DNA of 64,000 nt, taken from NCBI GenBank assembly GCA_002269645.1, contig NIVC01002884.1:43428-107427 (forward strand), read 5' to 3'. Position 1 is the stretch's first letter. The number at the start of each line of letters is the position of its first letter. This stretch comes from Macrostomum lignano. Its lineage: Eukaryota. The notes under the pieces are model-generated. The model saw nothing but the letters and a program-made list of their open reading frames with translations, had not been told where the DNA came from and did not search any database. Both the position numbers and the translations under genes were made by a program. This document shows positions 22,901 to 34,900 of the stretch, in pieces.

Positions 22901-25900
22901 GCAAAACACATTGGGTAAAATCCCATCTTCACCGGGACAACCACAGGCTCAGCAACCAGGACAACCAGTGCAGATGAAAGTGACGGATAACTTTTTTGGC
23001 CCCGTAACGGATGATGGAAAATATATATTTGGAATTAGCGCCTGGCGAAAAAATATCACCGGGGAACCGGCGGATTACAACATTGAAGTGACGAAGGAAA
23101 CTATTTCAATCAATAAAGGCGCAGAAACTAAACGAAACCCCTTCACTCAAAGTTTACTCGACTACATGACTAAAAATCAGGAAAAAATATCCGAGAAGCA
23201 ATTAAAGAATTATAGAGATCTGGTTACCTTCGCTTTAGAGAGGGACATAGACATTCTCAAGAACAACGGTGTTTTGAAAGTTTTACATGAAAACAGGATT
23301 GACTTGAACAGGTTTAGAAAATACAAATACTTTAAACAATGGTTTGGTTTGCCGGATCAAGAAGAGGTCATAAGACAACAACCACAACAACCACAGCCAC
23401 AACAGCAGCAACCACAACAGCAGCAACCAAAACAACAACTACAACAACCACAACAGCAGCAACCACAAACACAACCACAACCACAACAACCTCCACCGCC
23501 ACAGCAACAAATCACACCCGAACAAGTACTAGAAGCGCTTGAAAAAGCAGGGCCAAATGAGATTTCCCAGTACAAAGATACAAACCCTGATACTTGGCGA
23601 CAATTAGAGCGGCTCTCCCCAGAACGAATGAAGCGAATCAATGACAGAGTATTCACACCTCAACAAAGACAAGCGCCACATGACAGTTCCTCCTCTGACC
23701 AATCATTCGAATCACCTCCAAGCTCTTCCGGAAAAGGCATGCCTGAATTCTACAAGCGGTTAGCTGTTCTTCTAGGAGCGGCAAAGACCGGAATGAAAGA
23801 CGAGAATAGAAAAGAATTTGTCAACATCCTGGACAAAATGCTTGAGAGAAAATATATCGATAAAAGAGCAAGAGAACTTTTGCTTTCACGGTTTAACAAA
23901 AAAAAAATTTCTATTTAAAAAGATGCCGATTATTTTTGAGAAAGACGTGGACAAATACTATGACAAAGAGGAACTTAATCTTATTAAACGCGGATCTGGA
24001 CTTTTCCCTGCAGGCCACTATCCAAGAAAAGAACGCTCTGGGAATGGCCTTGCCGATTTGATCGCTCAGGGGGCCAAGATTTTTAAGGTCATTGGAGAGA
24101 ACAAAGAGAACATCAAGAACGTTGCCGAAGCGGCTGGCAGTGTAGCCACAGCAGCCAAAAAGATAAAGGATACTGTAACACCTAAACAAGAGATTCAACC
24201 TCCACTGGCCCCGCTGGCCCCAAACCCAGACAGTGTGGACCCTGCAGTCTATGAGAAGATGAGAGCAAGCATTAAAAAAGGAAGTGGTTTCAAATTTGAC
24301 TAAAGGTACTTTCCGAGGGTACAAGAAATGTAAAGGTACAAGACTAGTCTCAAAATGACACATCTAAGTCCCAAAATGACACAATTAAGTACCAAAATGA
24401 CACATCTAAGTCCCAAAATGACACATCTAAGTCCCAAAATGACACATCTAAGTCCCGAAATGACACATCTAAATTATTTATTATTTAATTATTTTTTTCA
24501 TCATAGAAAAAAAATGGACTTTTCAAACGACTTCAATCCTCACTGGACGCGTAATCAGATTAAGTTTTCTCATCATGAGTCAATCCCGAGTCACTTCAGA
24601 TGCATTGTTGTTGGTTCATCAGGTTCAGGTAAAACATTCAGAGTCTTTAACATGCTTCTTAGACCTGGCTTTATCGACTATGACACTCTGCACATCTACT
24701 CTCCCACACTGTATCAAGATGAGTATAGAATGCTGATTGCAGGGCTTCAAAACAAGCTGAACAAAGAGGACATTATTCAATGTTTTAATAACCAACAAAT
24801 CCTTCCCAGTAACCCTGAAATTGTAGCTGCCGAATATGCAAAGCACCTCAAAGACAATGAAAAATGGCAGAACATTAAAGTGTTCACCTATGGAGATCCA
24901 CAGGCTGATCCAAAGACCAAACTTCTACCCCAACCAGATGAGCTAGAAAAGGGGAGAAAGCATTTGATCGTCTTTGATGATTGTATGACAGGCCCACAGA
25001 AGCAGATAGAAAACTATTTTACAAGAGGACGACATAACAATTGTAATGTAATTTACATTGCACAGAACTGGTTCGAGCTCCCGAACAAAACAATTCGCGG
25101 GAACTGCAATCTGATTCTCCTGTTTCCAACCATTCCACAGGACAGGTTAAAAAGATTTTACAATGAGGTCATTGCGCCTGCCTATTTCATAAATCCAACA
25201 AAAAACTCAAGCAGAAAGATTTCACAAGAGGAATTCGTTAATCTTTGCTATGACAAGTGGAATCAGCCTTACCAGTTTGTGATTATCAGCAAAGAAAAAA
25301 GAACTGTAATTTAAAATTTGCTATTAAAAGATGTCAATAAACTTTGCAGGTGAATCCATTTCTGGCAACAGCGCTCTTACATCAGCTCAAATATCCATAC
25401 TTGACAGGCGATATATCAACAGCGACGAAAAGATCCCAGAGATCAAACTGAATAAAAACAGACTGAAACAATTAGAGCGCTCCATGCACCAGCTACAGAT
25501 AAACATAGAAGATCTCCGCATAAAAGTAGCCAGGCAGAAGTTTGAAAGTGATAAGCTTTATGTACAGGTTGTACACGCAACTAATGAACTTAGGTCAGAA
25601 ATAACTTCGGCAGTCTCGCAAATCAATGGGTTAACATCGACAATTAATCTTCTGAGAAATTCCACTGATAGACGGATGCGTATTCTTGAAGAAGGAGTTT
25701 TCACAAACAGAGCTAAAGTAAATAATTTAGAAGAGTTCATGAACCAGTCAACAGCGTTGCATGATAGAATTAAAGAAAACGTCGCAACCAACACAGGTAA
25801 AGTGAGGAATTTAGAAGAGTTCATGACTCAGTCAACATCGTTGCATGATAGAATTAAAGAAAGACTTGATGCAATTAAAGTCTATTTAGATTTAATTTTT

Positions 25901-28900
25901 ACCGAATGGCAGAAATCGTTGAGAAGAATCAGTCGTCTTGAGGGAGTACACAATCTTCCTGATATTGATACTGTTGAAGAGGCACCACAGACCACAAGGG
26001 AAATAAGTGATCCAACCGACTTGACCACTGACCACAAATTTCGTGAGCCAACCAGTTTGACCACTAACCCAAAATTTCGTGAGCCAACCGGTTTGTTTGA
26101 GATCAAGTGTAGAATGGAGCGCATAGACAAATAAATAGGTAGATTCGAAGAGACCTGCTGGCGCCAACTGCAGACGAAACAATCAAACGTAAAACAAATC
26201 TAACCACCACCAACGAGTTGTCAATTTTTTTAAAAAATTCTCTAAAAATGGATGCTCAAAATTCTCTTTATGATCCGAACGCTCCCACAGCACCTAGTGC
26301 ACCCCAATATGAGCAGCAAAAACTCTACCCTGTTATTACTTGTAACTCTCAACAGTTTCGACTGGTGGAGATTCAAAAAATGCGCGATGATCTTGAAAAA
26401 AATATTTTCCACAACACAAAGAAAATTAAGCGCTATGACAACCACTGTAAATTTTTCGACTACAGCAATATGATTCTAGGATCTGTGTCTGTTCTATCTG
26501 GATCTGCTGCAGCTGTCTCAGTGTTGCCAGTCATCACAGACCCAATCGCAATCCCGCTCGGCTCTGTGGGTGCTGCATGTGGACTTATTTCAGCAATTAC
26601 TGGAGCATTAGCGCGAAACAGGCGAAAAAAACTAAAGCAGCTACAGGAGAAGCAAGTAAAAGAGAAAGGGGTGCACACTTCAATCATAGGGTACATTTCA
26701 AGGGCAATCGAGGATAAGTTCATTTCAGAGGATGAGTTCAAAACCATTCAGGATCTTTATGAACAATCAATTCGAATGAACTTGAACATGGTCGGTACTG
26801 ATGACATGAGTCAGCTGAGAAATGAACTGAGAAAGTTCTTCAACATTATGCGGAAAGAAGGACAACGAGAAGTACAACGAGGAATGCACAATGAACCCTA
26901 TGAAACACAGGTACGAATAATTTCCTTGTAGGTCTTTCGTGTTTTGGTCATTGCATACAAAACAGTCATGCACAGCTCACCGCAAATATCACTGCTAAGA
27001 CCTTGAGAATAAAGTCTGAGCGATAAATTTTTTTATTCTTTTTTCCCTTCATATAATTTCTTAGCTCTTCTGGTACTGCCGTCCCATAGCTATCGAAGTA
27101 ATAACACTTGTGCTTGCGATCGGGATCAATCACCCAGCAAACCCAATGAGATCCTGGCTTATCAGTGGTGTCAAAGTTCATGATGCCGCATTCTTTCTTA
27201 GAGGAAAATCAGGCAGAGTGTCCCTCATAAATATTCCTCTAAAGTTTGGGATTTCCAGTTCGTTAGCCAAATCTTCAAGAAAGTTATTTGTTGTCATTTT
27301 TTATGAGGTTTATTAAACTTTCTCTCAACCTAAACCCAATATCCACCTCCTAAACCTAACCTCCAGTGCCCGAACGGTAGACTGTTGATATTGTCATCAA
27401 AAATGAATCTCTTGTTATCTGCACCTGACAGTCCAATCTTCTTTTGCTGAATTGTGTGAATAATATGGTTTTTAGATTGTAGCTTTGAGAACTCATGTGA
27501 TGTCTTTTTGTTGCAATTCAAGGCGTCTCTGTATTCAGCTTCATTAATTTCCTTCCTAACCACACGTTTCGGAATTCCCTTTGATTTTTTATTGGGTCTG
27601 ACGACTCACATTTTATAAAATAGGACTTTGCTCTCAACCCAATGAATTCAGTGATTATGTCACCAGCAATCTCGTCCTTCATTTTCCCAATCACTTTCTT
27701 GTTAGTGGCGTCAAACACTTGATCACCATTCAGCGTCCTGCAAGATTCATCATACTCAGACAAGTCAAACAAATCTTTTTGCTGCAGCATGTCCTGATAA
27801 ATGTCTTCTGTTTGAATGTCCATAATAAAACTGTCTGTGTCAGTGTACAAGAGTTTCATTTTATCCTTGTACTGCTGCTTCATGCCATAGAAGAACTGGT
27901 ACATCAGACGTTTTGATTCGTCGAGAACAGTGACACCTGTATAGATCGGCTTGCGCAGCGTCACCTTGGTTTTGTAAAATATGATCACACCTAAGTAGCT
28001 ATTAAAGATATGGAGTTCTTTGAATGTTGGCTTTGACATATTTGCCTGAATAACAGCAGGCTCTGATGAGGTAACAAGTTTCAGGTTTGTTCTTTTCCGC
28101 TCATTCTCAAGAGTCTTGCCATAGACAGAGTTGTTGGCCAACTTAAAGAGGTTCTTGTCAAAGTCGTTGGTTGCTTTGGTCCTAAACTGGGTGTTCTTAT
28201 CAATGTAGGGTTTCATCCACGCTTCCTCTGTAAATGTAAGAGCCCTGTGAACTTTGGTGACCCTGCAACCAAGTGAGATAAAATACTGAAGCAGTTTGTA
28301 ATGGATTTTGTAACGTGTCTTGTTGTTTAGATTCTGTGTTAGTTTCTCTGTATGTTCTTTTTCTGTTCCTGACAGGTGCCAAGTTCCATTATTATCATTG
28401 GGAGTTTCGATTATTTTCGGGCACTTGATGTTCTCTGGGAAGGGTGGAAAGTCAGAGAAATAGTCGTGAAGCTCTGGTGGAATGTAAACATCAACCTCAT
28501 AAATGGCAGCCAATGAAAAGTCCCATTTGAATTCTGATGAGGGTAGCCATCGAAAATCTCTAACTGGAAGATCTTGACTCATCGCCCACCGTAGAGATTA
28601 TTAGCGTCCAAGTAAGTAATGTAGTTTGAGGGCTGCTCCTTATTGTAAGATTCAATGTAGGGATTGTTTGCTTTTGCATATCTATGCAAATTGAGATTCC
28701 CCCTCGCTTTGACGATTCGACAAAATTGTACATGTCAATGTCTGTAAGAAGTTCAATGTACCAATCTGGATCTTGATCCCATTTCATTTTAAGCAAAGAT
28801 TCCCAGCTAGTGGCAGGCAGAGACACATAATGTGCTGGATCGAGGCCATATGCTGTGTACCAGGTGTATCTGAAGGTTTCAAACACATCGGCCAGCAGAA

Positions 28901-31900
28901 ACACATCTGTGAAGAGGTAAAGCAGGTGATACTGGAAGAAGTTTTGACAATTAAAGTAATTATAGACATGCTTCGCGTGCTCATAGTCTTTGTCAGAGAT
29001 TCCAGAGTCTGTTAGCTTTGAAAAGAACTTCTCCTGTGGTGGTAAACCTTCTTCAAATACGTGATACCCAGTAATATTTTCATAGGGGTAGAAGCCTTTC
29101 TTTCTTAAAAGTTTAAATGATTCATCAGTGTTGTTAATTTTACTTGCAAACATCTTTGTATATGTACATTGTTCATCTTTTAGATTCTTGCTTAGTTCGT
29201 CTAGACTGGCAGCTAGAAATTGATATGAATCCTTCAGTCTTATTTTACCTGTACCCGAATTATCCTGTTTAATATCAACACACTTAAACTTCTCCTTGTT
29301 CTCTGCGATGCAATCAAGGTGTATGTCTGGAATCATGCCGATTTTTTCAACTATTAAATGCATGTCATAGTTCTTTGCGTTGTGACAAAATATCGTTAGA
29401 TCATGAATGTTCGATTTTAGCTTTAGATTACAGGTGTTATGCGCTGCACCTCTAAATTTCCCAGTAAAGTGGCAGTGGTCCTAACGGTGGGGTTTTTAAT
29501 ATTAGTGCAAGTTAAATGTTTCCTGCAGATGTGGCAATGAGTTGCTGATAGGAAATTGCTTTCATCCTCCTCAGACATACTTATTGGAACAGGTTGAAGG
29601 GTGCTAATTACTCTTTGCAACTCTAACATTCTGGCAATAAACTGCTCCACACACTGCTCTCCAAAGAAATAATTATACTCAACAAGTCCTTTTGTATTAA
29701 TAAAGGCATATGCTACTGAATTGGGGATATGTTTTTGAGTTTGAGTTTGTTTTTGAGTTGGAGTTTGTTTTTGTGTTTCCGGCACGATTGAGCATTCGAA
29801 ATCAGCATATACAACAAATGGGAGCTTCTCCATCTTATGATAGTTCTTAAACCGGAGATACTTCTCTTCAGCTGAAGGAAGAGAGCAGTTTGTTGGGTGA
29901 TCCTCGCATGATAATTCATGCTCTGCTAGTTTTTCAAAGCGTTCAGGTCCACTGTAATGCTTAAGGCACAAGCGGCAGATGGCAACAGCCTCGTGATGAT
30001 TATTCAACTGCTTGTGAATGAGTCTTGAAAGATCTTTAATCCAAACATAGTGAGCCTCCTCTAGTAAATTACCAATCACTAGAAGATCCACTTCAGTCCG
30101 CCTTTTCCCCTCGGGATCTAAAACGTCTTTGCTACATCTGACCGGTTGAACTTTCTCAGTTTTTTCACTCCACTCAAAGACTGTGATTCTAATTTTGTTA
30201 TTAAACACTTCTTCTAGCTTTGGGATCTGAGAGATCGCCAAGCCTCCTTTGTCAAACCTGATTCCCTTCTTTTCGCATTCGATGAGATAGTAGTTGAAAT
30301 AATTTTGATAATTTGAGGTTCTTTCGGGGTGGTGAGGGACACAAAAAAGTGCAGAAAGAACTGCCCATAGAGCACAGCAATTGTCTTTATTTTTAACATT
30401 TATGCAAGCTTTTTTGCCGGCTAGCTTGTGTGGGAGCTCTATATAAGAGGAGGCTTTAAGTGGGTCATATTTCATGACCATGACAGTCGCTCTTTGAATC
30501 CCTCCCACGACCCATCCGGAACCTCTGGATGTAAACGCTTCAATTTTCTTAGTGACATCTTGAAGGAAAGGATCCAGTGTGTCTGTTGGGGTGAATGGCT
30601 TTGCCTTTGTTGTCATGTAATACTCGAGATGCTCAGTGGGTTTCGCAGGCATATAAAACGCAATCTTGAATGATATCTGTAGTTTAAAGTCTTGCGTGTT
30701 TTGAGTGTGTGATCAACAACTGATTGGATGCTGTCTTTATAGTCGTAGATGTTTGCGGTGGTATCTTAATTGGGATTGTGTACTCTATGTAATGTTCTGT
30801 AAACTTCCTCTGTGCAAAATTAATCTCTTCAGTGGCAAGCTCCGACTCTTTTAAATGGATTAATTGCTCTAATTTCTCTTGTTCCTGCTTATTTTGTGGG
30901 TACTTTGCTTTTTCACCAGTGAGAGTTTCATATTTGTTAACTAAGTTGCGACTCCTCTCTTGGTGTTCCTTTGCAGGATTTTTTATAGGCGCATACTGGT
31001 TGGATTCTAATTGATTGATGATTTCCAACTGTTTTTCATAGCTTCCCAGGTGACCAGGGTCGGTGTTAAACTTTTGTTTACATGCTTCTCTTAGTAAATT
31101 ACTTTTGTCTTGAAATGAGACGCCTTTTGAAAAATATTTGTTGACTAAATCTTTTGCTGGATTGGCTTTTGGCATTTTTTTCTCTAAAATAAAAAAAATT
31201 TTTGAGGGTGACCACCCTGATAGAAAAGTTGAACTGTTTCTACATCCTATCAGTAGCGTTAGGTTTATGAAGCTGGATAAAGTGGGGTTTTAAACCTCAT
31301 CACATGCGCATTATTGTAAACCCAGCATTGTGCAGTGTCATGATTGCTTTGACAATGTCAGACTTGCTTACAGAATTTTCATTCTCACAATCATCACGAT
31401 CGGGGCAGCCCTCTCCTGCCTTAATTGTTATACCTTTGTCTCTTGCAATCTTTTGCAATTCCAGCTGGTGGGCTCTATCATTACCAGCTTTAACAGCAGT
31501 TGCTACACCTCCAGCTACACCACCTGCGGCACTTACAGCGCCTGCAATGATCGGAATAAGAGCTGCTAATGGTAGGATTCCTCCTGACTTTTCATCTGTG
31601 ATGCTGTGTCTTTGTTCATTACACTGAACTATTTGCTGCGTGGGATCGATTTTTACTTTGACACCTTTAATTGATATAATACCTGGTTTCTTTGATTCAA
31701 TGATTTATTGAGTTTATTGAGGTTCTGTTTCAATCTTTGTCATTTTTTATTTTAATATTTTAATTAATTTCTGTGTCAGCTGGTATCACTAGGAGTTCAG
31801 CTCTAGTGAATGACCGCGTGGGGGATTTAGGGTTAAAGGCTTGAGATAAAAAGTAATAGTCACCGGAGTCGGAGGTAAAATGTCTGTCTATTTTATGCAC

Positions 31901-34900
31901 ATCAAGGCTGAAGTATGGATCTGTAGCTCTTCTTTTGGTGTCTTTCTCTAGCTCTCCAGGTAGATATAAAAAGCGTAGAAACTCAGAGTTTGTCAGTATG
32001 TATGGTGATTCAACTCCTGGAAGCTTAGGGTAGTTCGAGGTGTGTTTTGTGTTGTGTGTGTTGTGTGGGGTTGTCGTGTTGTTGTCTGTTTTATGAGATG
32101 ACTTAAGTTCGACAGTGTCTTGTTTAATTGCATGGGATGGTTTCAATCCAGTCATGCGTGTGACTTCATTGTTCAGTTGCTCTATAACAGTGGGGAGTCT
32201 TTCTGTCCACTTGGTATAGTACTGACCACTTTTTAGTTTCAGCTCCTCTGCTGTCTGCTTAGTGAATAGCCTCTTGGCTAGAGTTAGATTGAATCTTTCC
32301 ACAAAAGCCTGATCTCTGTGGAGCTCAGTTCTGCCATAGCGAATCGCTGTATTTTTCTTTTCCATAAGTGATTTCACTGCACCCATGAATTCTTTACCAG
32401 GGTCGGTCTTAAAGATTTGGGGGTATGTGAGCGGAGAGTTTTTATAAATATCTTGGAGGGCGGTTGCAACTGCTTCTGACTTCTTCGTCTTGAGTGGGCG
32501 AGCTTCCTTATATCTGGAAGCAACGTCTGTAATTGTAAGAGCATACTTGTAGCCCGAGTCATTGGGGAGAAACAGAAGATCTGCTTGGTGTGCCTCATTA
32601 GGTTTATAAATACTGAAATGGGGCCTTTCAAATTTTACTGGTGGGAAATAGACTTGAAAGACAGCCTGCTTAGAGAGCCATTTTTCTACTGTAGCTTTTG
32701 GCTCCTTACTCAGCTCCATGAGTTTACTAACGGCATTTTTGCCTACAAAGAATCCTTTGTCGCTGTAGTAGAGTTTTTTAAGTTTCTGATCTGTCATTTT
32801 TTTAAAAAGAAAATTTTAAATAAAATAATGCAGCGCTCTGGTGGTAAAATAGATTCACATGGACTGATAGAAAAGCTTCCTCATCCAAACAAAGGCTGGA
32901 CACTTCCCGGCTATAAATATTGCGGGCCTTTGAATCCACTTGAAATACAGTTAGATAAAAACAATAATCCACATCCTGGGCATGAGCCTGTGAACGAGCT
33001 AGACTCTGTCTGCATGTGGCATGACATCAAGTATAGAGATTTTCCTGAGGAGAAGAATCGGTGGGACAAAGAAATGCTTAAGAGACTAGACAATATAGGG
33101 GTTTCAAGCGGATTTCGTGAGTCGATCGCTCGGAAGCTAGTTAAAGCTGTTATTTTTAGTAAGACAAAACTGGGGTTGGGGGTGTACGCCGAGGGCGGGT
33201 GTTTGGGGAGAGAGGGCGGGTGCACGGGGTGCTCGGGAACAGGGTTTATTTTGTGTGCTCCAAACGAGGAACTAGGAAGACTGCTGAAAGATATGGGGAT
33301 AGAGAGAGACGCTTGAGTCGGGAAGGATTTAAAAAAAAGACTCATCGATATTAAATTGTAATAAGTGAAGAGCTTGGTTAAATATTTTATTTTATGTTAA
33401 TAAACAAAAAAAACATTAATACAAAGTTGTTCAAAGTTACATATAATAATTTGCTTAATTAATTCATTCAGTTATTATTTCATTGAAAACTACTATGAGT
33501 AGGCTTAGCTTCGAAAAAGTTCTAAACACTTTCCTGGATCTCCAGGATTTTTTTCCAGGATTTTTTTTCCAGGATTTTATCCAGGATTTTATCAATGTAA
33601 GCCGCTCATAGTAGTTTTCAGGGTAAAATAACAGGATTATTTTTTTTAATTTTAATAAGTGAAGAGCATGGTTAAATATTTTATTTTATGTTAATAAACA
33701 AAAAAACATTAATACAAAGTTGTTCAAAGTTACATATAATAATTTGCTTAGTTAATTCATCCAGTTATTATTACATTGAAAACACTACGAGTAGGCTTAG
33801 CTTCGAAAAAATTCTAAACACTTTCCTGGATCTCCAGGATTTTTTTCCAGGATTTTATCAATGTAAACTACTCATAGTAGTTTTCTAAACACTTTCCTGG
33901 ATCTCCAGGATTTTTTTCCAGGATTTTTTTCCAGGATTTTATCAATGTAAACTACTCATAGTAGTCTTCTAACACTTTCCTGGATCTCCAGGATTTTTTT
34001 CCAGGATTTTATCAATGTAAACTAGTTTTCAAGGTAAAATAACAGGATGAATTTTTTTACGTTACAATTTGTTTAGTTTATTCATCCTTGGCTTAGTCGA
34101 CTGATGCAGTCGCCAACTCCATCGTAGTCTCCTCCAGCAAGGCGTCCTCGTTCTCTCCTTCAAACACGATGGCAATATCAGTCTCCAACTTGCAGCAGAA
34201 GTTGTCGTCCTGCTCCGCCTCTTTCTCGATCGCTCTTTTGTATGTGAGCAGCGACTCGAACGAGTACCCGGAGAAGACTAAATTTGGGTACTTCCTGATG
34301 AACCCGTGGAAGGTGTACAGTCGTTCGGCGAACTTGGGGTCGATGTCCAGTCGCTTGGCGGCTCCTTCTGTTGAGAGACCTTGGGTCTTAATAGACGCGA
34401 GGATCTCCGCCTGCTTTTTTCTCGCCAGACAGGTGAGCACCTCCAAGTCCCCAATGAAGGACTCTAAACTGGCGAACTGCGTCAACATTCCGTCCACATC
34501 CGTTTGAACGTCGGCCAAGCATAACGCTTTAGCGTTGTAGAAACTAAAAAAAAGCAATAACACGGAATCATAATGTAAAATATGTTTCGCTTTCTAGAAA
34601 TCATAAAAACCTTAAGTAATTTAAATCACGTTTTTACCAAGTCAAGGATTGCAAATAATAGAATAAGCAAAAAAAACTTACCGCGTCTTGATGTCGATCT
34701 GCTCATTTTTAATTTTTTTGAGACTCTCTTTTAGACGCGCTATGAAGCGTGCCTCTCGGCGCTCCTTGTCATTACTGGAGCGCTTGGCCTCGTCGGATTT
34801 CTCTTTTTTCAACGATTCACGATCGATTTTTTGCAAGCATTCAAACAGTGAGGCCTGCTCCTCTTCGTTAATGGCGGTAATCGCGACAGCCGTGCTTGCG

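Noticed and set aside
27330-31175. Programmed ribosomal frameshifting or introns as the cause of the split PolB
   Set aside because: Six sites in one gene, no shared slippery heptamer or stimulatory structure that I could see, and conserved motifs continue immediately across each break with no room for introns.
32585-32827. Long N-terminal extension of the PLA2 ORF given in the track (243 aa)
   Set aside because: It overlaps the integrase start on the opposite strand and begins at a non-ATG codon. ATG 32828 has the element's typical context.
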